Source: a virus (taxonomy: Duplodnaviria > Caudoviricetes). From it: a DNA stretch of 44,367 nt. Positions 34,356 to 43,859 of this stretch are shown here, in pieces. Position numbers and translations under genes: made by a program. The stretch covers positions 1 through 44,367 of the IMG/VR virus record IMGVR_UViG_3300044305_003822; one strand, 5' to 3'. Position 1 is the first letter of the stretch, and every line of letters starts with the position of its first letter. The notes beneath the pieces were generated by a model, which was not told where the DNA came from, ran no database searches, and saw only the letters and a program-made list of their open reading frames with translations.

Positions 34356-35648
34356 ATGAATAAACCTTTTGTAGTAGTTAGCTGTCCATTAGATACTTAC
34401 AGCGGTTACGGAAGTAGAGCAAGAGATATAGTTAGAGCTCTAGTAAATTCTGAAAAGTATGATGTAAAAGTACTTTCACAAAGATGGGGATCAACTCCAT
34501 TTGGGTTTTTAAAAGAAGACAATCCTGAAGATAAAAAATTATTAGATTGTATTCTTCCTCCACCTTTACAGAGACAACCCGATGTTTGGATCCAAATCAC
34601 GGTTCCTAATGAATTCCAAAAAATAGGAAAATTTAGTATAGGAATTACTGCTGGTATTGAAACTGATGTTTGTACACACCAATTTTTAGAAGGTTGTAAT
34701 AGAATGGATTTAGTTTTAGCATCTTCTAACCATACTAAAAATATATTTGAAAAAACAGTATATGATAAGAAGAATAAAGAAGGTAAAACCGAAGGTACAG
34801 TAAAACTTGAGACACCAGTAGAAGTATTATTTGAAGGAGTTGATTTGGAAAAATATTTCCATATTCCAGCAAATAAATTACCTAAAACTGAATTAGTAAA
34901 AGATTTAAGTGAAATAAAAGAACAATTTAGTTTTTTATTTGTAGGTCATTGGTTAAAAGGTGCTATAGGAGAAGATAGAAAAAATGTAGGTTTATTAATT
35001 AAAACATTTTTAGAAACTTTTAGAAATAAATCAAAACAACCTGCTTTAGTATTAAAAACTATGAGTGGCCCTGCTTGTCTTATGGATAGAGATGATGTTT
35101 TAAAGAAAATTGATGCTATACGTAAAGGAGTTACTGGTAAATTACCTAGCATTTATTTACTTCATGGAGAAGTTGATGATGAAGATATGAATCATTTATA
35201 TAATCATCCTAAAATTAAAGCTATGATTAGTTTAACTAAAGGTGAAGGATTTGGTAGACCTTTACTAGAATTTACTCAAAGTAAAAAACCGGTTATAGCA
35301 ACTAATTTTAGTGGTCATTTAGACTTTCTTGATAAAGAATTTGCTAGTCTTATCCCAGGTGAATTAAAACCGGTTCATGAATCTGCTATTCAAGAAGGTT
35401 TAATAATAAAAGAAAGTAAATGGTTTGCTCCTGATATTGATTTTATTCAATTATTATTAAAAGATTATTTTGGTAGTTATAAAGCTTATGAAGTAAAAGG
35501 AAAACAATTAGGATATAGGTGTAAAACTAAATTTTCATTTGAAAAAATGAGCGAAGAACTAATTAGTATAATAGATAAAAATGCACCTAAAAAAGTAGAA
35601 ATTAAATTACCTAACATTAAAAAAATATCATTACCTAAAAAGTCATGA
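34356..35648 (+). CDS. GT-B glycosyltransferase (GT4-like)
   Basis: SGYG, FLFVGHW, RKNV, KGEGFGRPLLEF...KPVIATNFSGH. Confidence 0.88.
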   Translation: MNKPFVVVSCPLDTYSGYGSRARDIVRALVNSEKYDVKVLSQRWGSTPFGFLKEDNPEDKKLLDCILPPPLQRQPDVWIQITVPNEFQKIGKFSIGITAGIETDVCTHQFLEGCNRMDLVLASSNHTKNIFEKTVYDKKNKEGKTEGTVKLETPVEVLFEGVDLEKYFHIPANKLPKTELVKDLSEIKEQFSFLFVGHWLKGAIGEDRKNVGLLIKTFLETFRNKSKQPALVLKTMSGPACLMDRDDVLKKIDAIRKGVTGKLPSIYLLHGEVDDEDMNHLYNHPKIKAMISLTKGEGFGRPLLEFTQSKKPVIATNFSGHLDFLDKEFASLIPGELKPVHESAIQEGLIIKESKWFAPDIDFIQLLLKDYFGSYKAYEVKGKQLGYRCKTKFSFEKMSEELISIIDKNAPKKVEIKLPNIKKISLPKKS

Positions 35649-36118
35649 AACAACCCAAAGATAATTTAGAAATATGTCCCCGAACGGATTGTTGTGGGAG
35701 TGATGCATGTTATGTTACTGAATTAAGCCCAAAAATTAAAAATTATTTTTGTTTTGGATGCGGTTTTACAACTAATGATTTAATGATTCATGGTGAGTTT
35801 GATTTTGAAAAATATGAAGAAACACTTCCTGAAATTTATAAAGCTCTTAAAGTAGGAGATGAAACAGGAAGAGTATGGTATCCCACCTCTATCAATATCC
35901 CAGAAAAGGGAACTGTTTTTGTTAATGGAAAAAGTTGGAGAAATTGGGCTTGGGCAGGAGTTAAAGTTACAGAAGTATTAGAAGAAGAAAAGGAAAAATT
36001 TAAAATTCCTGGAAAAGAAAATGAATACTATAAATTTAAAACTGATATGAAATCTTTACATGAATTTGATCAATCTGATTTTATGGATGCATTAGAATAT
36101 ATTGGTTTTTTTGAATAA
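35645..36118 (+). CDS. Hypothetical protein with N-terminal Cys cluster (Zn-ribbon-like)
   Basis: CPRTDCC...C...CFGCG. Confidence 0.7.
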   Translation: MKQPKDNLEICPRTDCCGSDACYVTELSPKIKNYFCFGCGFTTNDLMIHGEFDFEKYEETLPEIYKALKVGDETGRVWYPTSINIPEKGTVFVNGKSWRNWAWAGVKVTEVLEEEKEKFKIPGKENEYYKFKTDMKSLHEFDQSDFMDALEYIGFFE

Positions 36119-36123
36119 AAATT

Positions 36124-36759
36124 ATGGGAATAAGTTTTGCTATTACAGCTTATAATGAGCACGAAGAATTAAATAGGTTATTAAGTCAAATAATTAAAAT
36201 TTTAAAACCTGAAGATGAAATTGTTATCCAATTGGATAGTAAAGCAACTATAGAAGTAATTTCTTTAGTTGATGAATTTTTAGTAAAAAATAAAAAAGAA
36301 TATAATATTAAAAGATGTATTTTTGATTTAAATAAAGATTTTGCATCTTTTAAAAATAATCTAAAATCTTATTGTGCTAAAGATTGGATATTTCAAATTG
36401 ATGCTGATGAAACTTTAAGTGAAACGTTTGCTAGAGTAATTCATGAAGTATTAGAAAATAATGAAAATGTAGATTTAATTGCTATACCTAGAGTTAATAT
36501 CGTTAAAGGTTTAGAACAAAAAGATGTTATTGAATGGAGATGGCAACTAAATGAACAAGGTTGGGTAAATTGGCCCGATAATCAGCATAGAATATTTAGA
36601 AATAAACCGGAAATAAAATGGGTTAACAAAGTCCATGAACAAATAGTTGGGTGGACTACCTACGCTGAATTACCAGCAGATGATGATTCTTATGCTTTAT
36701 ATCATATAAAGGATATAGATAGACAAAGACAACAAAATTTATTTTATTCAACAATATGA
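36124..36759 (+). CDS. GT-A glycosyltransferase (GT2-like)
   Basis: ISFAITAYNE, WIFQIDADE (DxD), RIFRN, VHE. Confidence 0.9.
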   Translation: MGISFAITAYNEHEELNRLLSQIIKILKPEDEIVIQLDSKATIEVISLVDEFLVKNKKEYNIKRCIFDLNKDFASFKNNLKSYCAKDWIFQIDADETLSETFARVIHEVLENNENVDLIAIPRVNIVKGLEQKDVIEWRWQLNEQGWVNWPDNQHRIFRNKPEIKWVNKVHEQIVGWTTYAELPADDDSYALYHIKDIDRQRQQNLFYSTI

Positions 36760-37670
36760 AATTACTAGTTACAGGAGGTCAGGGAATGGTAGGTAGCGCC
36801 GTAGAAGGTAAAAATGATGAAATTATACATTTGTCTAGAGATAATTGTAATTTATTAAATAAAAAACAAACACATAGGCTTTTTTCTCAACTTAAACCTG
36901 ATGGGGTTATACACTGCGCAGGTAAAGTAGGAGGTATAGGAGGAAATTCTAATTTTAAAGGTGAATACTTTTATAATAATTTACTTATTAATACTAATGT
37001 AATAGAGGCATCTAGATTAGCAGGTGTAAAACGTTTAGTAGCATATTTATCTACTTGTGTATTTCCCGATAATGTAACTTATCCACTAACCATAGATCAA
37101 ATTCATACAGGTGAACCTCATAGTTCAAACTATCCTTATGCTTATGCCAAAAGAATGGCTGATGTTCAAATTCGAGCTTATAGAGAACAATATGGTTTAA
37201 ATTATACATCAATAATTCCATCTAACATTTATGGTCCAAATGATAACTTTAATTTAGATCATGGTCATGTAATGCCTATGTTAATTCATAAATTATACCT
37301 GGCTAAGAAAAATAATACAGATTTTACTGTATGGGGTAGTGGGAAACCATTAAGAGAATTTATATATTCCAAAGATATAGCTAAAATATCTAAATGGATT
37401 TTAGAAAATTATGAAGGTACAGATCCATTAATAATAAGTGGAGATGAAGAAGTTAGTATTAAAGATTTAGTTGATTTATTAGTCCAAGAATTTAATTTTA
37501 AAGGTAATGTAATATTTGATTCTACAAAACCAGACGGACAGTATAAAAAACCATCAGATAATTCTAAAATTAAAGAATTACTTCCAAATTTTGAATATAC
37601 TCCTTTTGAAAAAGGTATTAAAGAAACAGTTAATTGGTTTATAGAAAATTATGAAAACGCTCGAAAATAA
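36756..37670 (+). CDS. fcl: GDP-L-fucose synthase
   Basis: TGGQGMVG, AGKVGGI, STCVFP, YAYAK, NIYGPNDNF, VWGSGKPLREFIY. Confidence 0.93.
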   Translation: MKLLVTGGQGMVGSAVEGKNDEIIHLSRDNCNLLNKKQTHRLFSQLKPDGVIHCAGKVGGIGGNSNFKGEYFYNNLLINTNVIEASRLAGVKRLVAYLSTCVFPDNVTYPLTIDQIHTGEPHSSNYPYAYAKRMADVQIRAYREQYGLNYTSIIPSNIYGPNDNFNLDHGHVMPMLIHKLYLAKKNNTDFTVWGSGKPLREFIYSKDIAKISKWILENYEGTDPLIISGDEEVSIKDLVDLLVQEFNFKGNVIFDSTKPDGQYKKPSDNSKIKELLPNFEYTPFEKGIKETVNWFIENYENARK

Positions 37671-38634
37671 AGTTGCTTTAATTACTGGTATAAATGGTCA
37701 AGATGGATCTTATTTAGCTGAATTTTTATTAGAAAAAGGATATGAAGTATGGGGAACCATTAAACGTAATTCTGTTGCTGAAAATCAAACTTCTCGTTTA
37801 GATGAAATATACCCTCAATTATTAGGTAAATTACAATACGCCGATTTAACTGATTTATCTTCTTTAATATCAGTTATACAACAAAGTAAACCAAGTGAAA
37901 TTTATAATTTAGCTGCCCAATCACATGTTAGAATTTCATTTGATCAACCAATATACACAGCACAAGCTACAGGTATAGGAACTCTTAATTTACTTGAAGC
38001 AATAAGATTAACAAATCCTAAAATAAAATTATATCAGGCATCAAGTAGTGAAATGTTTGGTAATAATGTTGATGAAGATGGTTATCAAAGAGAAACTACA
38101 CCTTTATCCCCAGTATCTCCTTATGGTTGCGCAAAAGTATATTCTTATAATATATGTAATAATTATAAAAATTCATATAATTTATTTATTTCAAATGGTA
38201 TACTTTTTAACCATGAATCCCCAAGACGTGGAACTAATTTTGTTACAAATAAAGTAGTAAAAGGAGCTGTACAAATTAAAAAAGGATTAAAAAAAGATTT
38301 AGTATTAGGTAATTTAGATGCTACTCGTGATTGGGGGCATGCTAAAGATTATGTTAAAGCAATGTGGTTAATATTGCAACAAGATAAACCTAATAATTTT
38401 GTATGTTCTACTGGTGTATCACATTCAGTTAAAGATTTAGTTAAATATACTTTTAATAAATTAGATTTAAATTGGAAAGAGTATATTAAAACAGATCCGA
38501 AATTTTTACGTCCTGAAGAATTAAGAGATTTAAAAGGAGATTCAACTAAGTTAAGAAAATTAGGTTGGAAACCTGAATATACATTTGAAACAATGATTGA
38601 TGAAATGATAGAATATTGGATGGAAATATTATGA
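37651..38634 (+). CDS. gmd: GDP-mannose 4,6-dehydratase
   Basis: ALITGINGQDGSYLAE, AAQSHV..SF, YQASSSEMFG, SPYGCAK, LFNHESPRRG, RDWGHAKDYV. Confidence 0.97.
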   Translation: MKTLENKVALITGINGQDGSYLAEFLLEKGYEVWGTIKRNSVAENQTSRLDEIYPQLLGKLQYADLTDLSSLISVIQQSKPSEIYNLAAQSHVRISFDQPIYTAQATGIGTLNLLEAIRLTNPKIKLYQASSSEMFGNNVDEDGYQRETTPLSPVSPYGCAKVYSYNICNNYKNSYNLFISNGILFNHESPRRGTNFVTNKVVKGAVQIKKGLKKDLVLGNLDATRDWGHAKDYVKAMWLILQQDKPNNFVCSTGVSHSVKDLVKYTFNKLDLNWKEYIKTDPKFLRPEELRDLKGDSTKLRKLGWKPEYTFETMIDEMIEYWMEIL

Positions 38635-39452
38635 AATTAAAAATAAAACATTTTGATGCTTCTGTATTTGAAGCGAAAATGGAACATCTTAAAGATATAA
38701 ATTTTACTTTATTTGTAGATGATTATCCTTCAAATGAAGAAGATTTATCTGAAATAAACATTTTAGTATTGCAAGAACCTGATGAATATTTTGGTTTACA
38801 TAATTGGGCTATTGAAAATAGTCACTATTTTTCTTTTATATTAACTTGGGATGATAAAGTATTAAATAACACTGATAATTCAACTTTTTTACCTTTTGGT
38901 CATACTTGGTTTAAACCAAATGATTATCAATTTAAAACTCATAAAGAATTTAAAATTTCTCATTTAGCGGGAAAATTAAATAAAACATATGGTCATGGTT
39001 TAAGACATGAATTATTAACTAGAGAAAAAGAAATAAATAGAGTAGAAAAAAATTTTTATCACACATATGGAAATAGACACGATATTGATGATGCTAGAAA
39101 AGGCAAAATGGATGTATTTGGAAAAAGTATGTTTGCCGTCGCAATTGAAAACACAAATCATAGAGGGTATTTTACAGAAAAAATCTTAGATTTATTTTTA
39201 TTAAGATCAATTCCAATTTATTGGGGTTGTTCTAATATAGGAGATTTTTTTAATTTAGATGGAATAATACAAGTAAATAATGTAGATGACATCATATACC
39301 AGTCTAATAAATTAAATAGAGCTTTTTATATGGAAAAAAAAGATTCTATAGAAGATAATTGGAAACGTGCTTTAGAGTTCGTAGATTACGAGCAAAATAT
39401 AGTTAATGAAATAACTAGTATTTTTAAACACAATGGGATATTGGCCGTATAA
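38631..39452 (+). CDS. GT10 alpha-1,3-fucosyltransferase-like protein
   Basis: FAVAIEN....GYFTEKILD.......PIYWG is the GT10 signature; ATG 38631 couples to the gmd stop. Confidence 0.75.
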   Translation: MKLKIKHFDASVFEAKMEHLKDINFTLFVDDYPSNEEDLSEINILVLQEPDEYFGLHNWAIENSHYFSFILTWDDKVLNNTDNSTFLPFGHTWFKPNDYQFKTHKEFKISHLAGKLNKTYGHGLRHELLTREKEINRVEKNFYHTYGNRHDIDDARKGKMDVFGKSMFAVAIENTNHRGYFTEKILDLFLLRSIPIYWGCSNIGDFFNLDGIIQVNNVDDIIYQSNKLNRAFYMEKKDSIEDNWKRALEFVDYEQNIVNEITSIFKHNGILAV

Positions 39453-39960
39453 AAAATTATTTGAAGAATTTAGACCTAATGATTGTGATATTTTTGTTGA
39501 AACTGGAACATATAAAGGAGATTCTGTACAAGATGCACTTGATTTAGGATTTAAAGTTGTTATCTCAGTAGAAAAAAATAAAACATTTTATCAAGAATGT
39601 TTTAAAAGATTTAATGAATTAGATATATGGGGATACAGACCAACTCAAGATCCTAATTTATATCTGTTCCATGGTGATTCATCAGAATTAATGCCAAACT
39701 TACTTGAAAAAGTAAATGGTAAAGCTTTATTCTGGTTAGATGCCCATGAAAATGGAGAAGTAATACCTACTATAAATGAAATAGATTATATATTAAAAGA
39801 TAAAAGAAATGATCATACTATTATAATAGACGATATGGATTTAGTAGAATATTCAATCTCATTAAATGATTTAAAATCAAAATTTTTAGAAAAAAATTCC
39901 GATTATAAATTTAAAAATATGAAAGTATCAACAGCACAACAATTAATAATATACACATGA
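39433..39960 (+). CDS. SAM-dependent methyltransferase-fold protein
   Basis: FVETGTYKGD, SVE, GDS, FWLDAH, IIIDD. Confidence 0.65.
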   Translation: MGYWPYKKLFEEFRPNDCDIFVETGTYKGDSVQDALDLGFKVVISVEKNKTFYQECFKRFNELDIWGYRPTQDPNLYLFHGDSSELMPNLLEKVNGKALFWLDAHENGEVIPTINEIDYILKDKRNDHTIIIDDMDLVEYSISLNDLKSKFLEKNSDYKFKNMKVSTAQQLIIYT

Positions 39961-41111
39961 GAAAAAAAGTTTGGTATGCTCCCCATAAATTTGAATCTTA
40001 TGGAGAGGAAGAAATACAAGCAGTAGAAAAAGCATTAAGAGATGGCTGGTTAGCTGGCTTTGGTCCTTATACTAAAGAATTTGAATATGAAATATCCAAA
40101 GAATTTGGCAAAAAACATGGTGTATTTGTCAATTCAGGTTCATCAGCATGTTTATTAGCTTTGGCATCTTTAGATCTTGAAAAAGGAATGGAAGTAATTA
40201 CTCCTGCTTTAACTTTTTCTACAACATTAGCACCTATAATACAATTAGGATATGTTCCTAAATTTGTTGATTCTGAATTAACTACTTATGTTCCTAGTGT
40301 AGAAGCTATTTGTGATGCTATTACAAGAAGAACTAGAGCTATTATGATACCTAATTTAATAGGTAATAAAATGGATTTCAGCACTTTAAGAAATGAATTA
40401 ATGAGAAGAAGTTTAGAACATATACCGGTAATAGAAGATTCAGCAGATACTATTACATATACAGAAGATACGGATGTCTCAACAACCAGTTTCTATGCTT
40501 CTCATGTTATAACTGCAGGTGGAATGGGTGGTATGGTAATGTTCAATAAAAAAGAACATATGGAAAGAGCATTAATGTTTCGTGATTGGGGTCGTATAGG
40601 GGACAATAGCGAAAATATGGATGAAAGATTTGCTCATGATGTAGATGGATTACCTTATGATTATAAATTTTTATATGGTGTTTTAGGATATAATATGAAA
40701 TGTGCCGAAGCAAATGCTGCATTTGGATTAGTACAATTAGAAAAATTTCAAACATTTAAAGATATAAGACGTGCTAATATAGAGCGTTATTTAGAAAATC
40801 TAAAAGGTATAGAAGAAATACTTCTACCAGATGATAGTATTGAACCAAATTGGTTAGCTATACCTTTACAAACTGAAAATAGATTAGAACTATTACGTTT
40901 TTTAGAGGATAATAATATACAAACAAGAGTTACTTTTGCTGGTAATGTTACTCGCCACCCAGTTTATAGAAAGTATTTACAAGATTTTGAAGTAGCAGAT
41001 ACAGTAATGAAAAATGGATTTTTATTAGGAGCTCATCATGGAATGAATTTAGATGATGTCGATTATGTTTGCGATAAAATAAAAGAATTTTTTAATGAAA
41101 AAAGAAAATAA
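39957..41111 (+). CDS. DegT/DnrJ/EryC1/StrS-family PLP/PMP enzyme, RfbH/ColD-type 3-dehydratase-like
   Basis: NSGSSA, TFSTT..PI, IEDSAD, SFYASHVITAGGMGG (His at the usual Schiff-base Lys position), GYN. Confidence 0.85.
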   Translation: MRKKVWYAPHKFESYGEEEIQAVEKALRDGWLAGFGPYTKEFEYEISKEFGKKHGVFVNSGSSACLLALASLDLEKGMEVITPALTFSTTLAPIIQLGYVPKFVDSELTTYVPSVEAICDAITRRTRAIMIPNLIGNKMDFSTLRNELMRRSLEHIPVIEDSADTITYTEDTDVSTTSFYASHVITAGGMGGMVMFNKKEHMERALMFRDWGRIGDNSENMDERFAHDVDGLPYDYKFLYGVLGYNMKCAEANAAFGLVQLEKFQTFKDIRRANIERYLENLKGIEEILLPDDSIEPNWLAIPLQTENRLELLRFLEDNNIQTRVTFAGNVTRHPVYRKYLQDFEVADTVMKNGFLLGAHHGMNLDDVDYVCDKIKEFFNEKRK

Positions 41112-42069
41112 AATAGTTTATGTAACTGGTTGTCTAGGTTTTATAGGTTCTTATGTAACAAGAGCTTGTTTAAATAAAGGGTGGTATGTACGAGGAATTG
41201 ATAAAATTACTTATGCTTCTAATTCAAATCTTTTAGAAGAATTTGAATCATGGGATACTTTTACCTTTGAACAAACTGATATTAATGATTTAGAATTTTT
41301 ATATGAATGTGATTATGTTATTAATACCGCAGCTGAAACCCATGTAGGTAATTCAATAGTTAAAAGTGAAGAATTTATGCACTCAAATATAAATGGAGTT
41401 CATAATTTATTAGAATTAATTAAAAACTATAGAGCTGAAGGTAAAAATAGTCCAATACTTTTACATTTTTCTACAGATGAAGTATATGGAGACATTACAG
41501 ATGGAGAACATATTGAAACTGACATTTTAAAACCATCAAATCCTTACTCTTCAACTAAAGCTGCTGCTGATCAATTAATATTAGGGTGGGCTAGAACCTA
41601 TGGTATAAAATACGTAATAGTAAGACCAACTAACAATTATGGAATAGGTCAGTATGTAGAAAAATTAATCCCAAAAACAGTAAAATACCTTGGATTAGGT
41701 AAAAAAATTCCATTGCATAATCATGGATTACCTATTCGTAATTGGTTACATGTTGAAGATACAGCTGAAGCAGTAATTAATATTATAGATTCAAATGTAG
41801 AAAATGAAATTTATAATATATGCGGGGGATACGAACAACCTAATTTATATATAGTTAATAGTATTCTTCACAAATATATTAATACTACTAATCTAGATGA
41901 TAATTCAGTAACTAATTATTTAGATTTTTCATATTCCAGACAAGGACAAGATATAAGATATGCTTTAAATGATGATAAATTAAAAAAATTAGGATGGAAA
42001 CCTAAAAAAGAATTTGAACAAGAATTACAAAAAATTGTAGATTATTATAAAAATACCTTTATATGGTAA
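41095..42069 (+). CDS. rmlB: NDP-glucose 4,6-dehydratase (RmlB-like SDR)
   Basis: VTGCLGFIGS, DKITYA, AAETHV, STDEVYG, PYSSTKAAAD, EKLIP, WLHVED. Confidence 0.85.
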   Translation: MKKENKIVYVTGCLGFIGSYVTRACLNKGWYVRGIDKITYASNSNLLEEFESWDTFTFEQTDINDLEFLYECDYVINTAAETHVGNSIVKSEEFMHSNINGVHNLLELIKNYRAEGKNSPILLHFSTDEVYGDITDGEHIETDILKPSNPYSSTKAAADQLILGWARTYGIKYVIVRPTNNYGIGQYVEKLIPKTVKYLGLGKKIPLHNHGLPIRNWLHVEDTAEAVINIIDSNVENEIYNICGGYEQPNLYIVNSILHKYINTTNLDDNSVTNYLDFSYSRQGQDIRYALNDDKLKKLGWKPKKEFEQELQKIVDYYKNTFIW

Positions 42070-43859
42070 AAGTTAGTGATTTAATAGCTCATTTTTTACA
42101 AGAAAAAGAAATTGAGGTTGTTTTCGGAATTATAGGTTCCGCAAATTCTCATATTTTTGATTCTATTAATACTTTAGGTTATACTAAAATAATTAATGTA
42201 CATCATGAACAAGCCGCTGTAATGGCTATGGGTGCTTATTATAGAACATCTGGAAAATTATCTGCTACTTTAGTTACAGCAGGGGGAGGAGCTGCTAATT
42301 CAATTACAGGTATAGTAAGTAATTGGGCTGATTCTATCCCAGGTATAATAATATCTGGAAATGAATCATCATTTTACATAAAAAATCAAGAACATTTAAG
42401 AATGTATGGTACTCAAGGATTTAATGTTTCTAAAATGGTTAGTGATATAACCAAATATTCTCATTGTTTACTTGATGAAAAAGATATTCAAGATGAATTA
42501 GAAAGGTGTTATGATATAACAAATCGAGGTAGAAAAGGTCCGGTTTTATTAGATGTTCCATTTGATATTCAAGCTAAAAAAGTAACTCCTAGAAAATGGT
42601 CTTCTGATCCTATTTCTAAAACAATTTCATTTGGATTAAAAACAGAAGATTATATAATTGAAGCAATTAATAAAGCTAAAAGACCATTAATATTAGGTGG
42701 CCATGGAATCAGACTATCAGGTTCGAAATGGAAATTTATGGACTTTATAAATAAAACAGGTATACCAACTACTTTATCTTGGTCAGGTATTGATTTATTA
42801 AATAGTGATCATCCTAATTTTTATGGAAGGTTTGGTTTATATGGACAACGTGCTTCAAATTTTATAGTTCAAAATTGTGATTTACTAATTGTATTAGGTA
42901 GCAGATTAGCTTTACCTCAAACCGGTTATAATTTTGATGAATTTGTTAGAGAAGGTAAGATTATAATTATTGATATTGATACTCCTCAATTTCCTATAGA
43001 TAAAATTGAAAAATTCTTTAAAGCTGATTGTGGTGATATATTAGATGTACTTTTATCAAATGTTAAATCGATTAATCCTATAAGATCCAATTGGACAGAA
43101 TATTGTAATCTTATAAGAAAAATATATCCTTGGATTGATAAAGAACATGATCATACAGATACTTATCTTAATTCATATCAATTTATGGATAAACTATCAA
43201 ATCATTTAAAAGATGATCATGTTATAGTAACTGATATGGGAACAGCTTTATTAAGTGGCCACCAGTCTATTAGATTAAAGAAAAATCAAACAATGTTTAC
43301 TTCATTAGGATTAGGTGAAATGGGATATGGAGTTGCTGGTGCCTTAGGTGCTGCTGCTGCTTGTCCTACTAAAGATATTTTATGTTTAAATTGTGATGGG
43401 GGTATAATGATGAATTTGCAAGAATTACACACTATAATTGAAAATGGATTTAATGTAAAAGTTGTAATATTCAATAATGATGGTTATTTAATGATCAAAC
43501 ATACACAAAAAATGTTATTTAAAGGTAATCATGTTAGTGTAGATAAAGATACAGGTGTTGGTTTACCTGATTTTAGTAAATTATTACCTGCTTTTGGTTA
43601 TGATTATTTTGAATTAAAAGAATGGGATAATACAGATGAAATACTAGATAAATTTTTAAACCACCCTACCTCAGCAGTACTAGAAGTTTACATGGATCCA
43701 GAACAAGGGTTTTTACCTAAAGTTAAAGGTGTATTAAAAGAAGATAATACTATATTGGCACCCCCAATTGAAGAAATGTCTCCATTAATATCTCAAGAAA
43801 AACTAAAAACAAGTATGTTAGTAAACTTAAGTGAAAAATCAAATCAAATAAAAAGATGA
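42063..43859 (+). CDS. ThDP-dependent enzyme, acetolactate-synthase-like (YerE-type candidate)
   Basis: HHEQAAVMA, GPVLLDVPFDIQ, MGYG, CDGGIMMNLQEL...NNDGY (GDG..NN variant); located in a sugar cluster. Confidence 0.85.
   Translation: MVKVSDLIAHFLQEKEIEVVFGIIGSANSHIFDSINTLGYTKIINVHHEQAAVMAMGAYYRTSGKLSATLVTAGGGAANSITGIVSNWADSIPGIIISGNESSFYIKNQEHLRMYGTQGFNVSKMVSDITKYSHCLLDEKDIQDELERCYDITNRGRKGPVLLDVPFDIQAKKVTPRKWSSDPISKTISFGLKTEDYIIEAINKAKRPLILGGHGIRLSGSKWKFMDFINKTGIPTTLSWSGIDLLNSDHPNFYGRFGLYGQRASNFIVQNCDLLIVLGSRLALPQTGYNFDEFVREGKIIIIDIDTPQFPIDKIEKFFKADCGDILDVLLSNVKSINPIRSNWTEYCNLIRKIYPWIDKEHDHTDTYLNSYQFMDKLSNHLKDDHVIVTDMGTALLSGHQSIRLKKNQTMFTSLGLGEMGYGVAGALGAAAACPTKDILCLNCDGGIMMNLQELHTIIENGFNVKVVIFNNDGYLMIKHTQKMLFKGNHVSVDKDTGVGLPDFSKLLPAFGYDYFELKEWDNTDEILDKFLNHPTSAVLEVYMDPEQGFLPKVKGVLKEDNTILAPPIEEMSPLISQEKLKTSMLVNLSEKSNQIKR

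Noticed and set aside
1828-43474. Short alternative-frame and antisense ORFs in the track (e.g. 1828, 3079, 4390, 4593, 4744, 7968, 12585, 13812, 14807, 16095, 16503, 19350, 19826, 21478, 23031, 25124, 26947, 27820, 28219, 29647, 34406, 34946, 38048, 40543, 43286)
   Set aside because: They are nested in or antisense to well-supported genes, carry no motifs and look like shadow ORFs; 16503-16763(-) is better explained by two small plus-strand ORFs.
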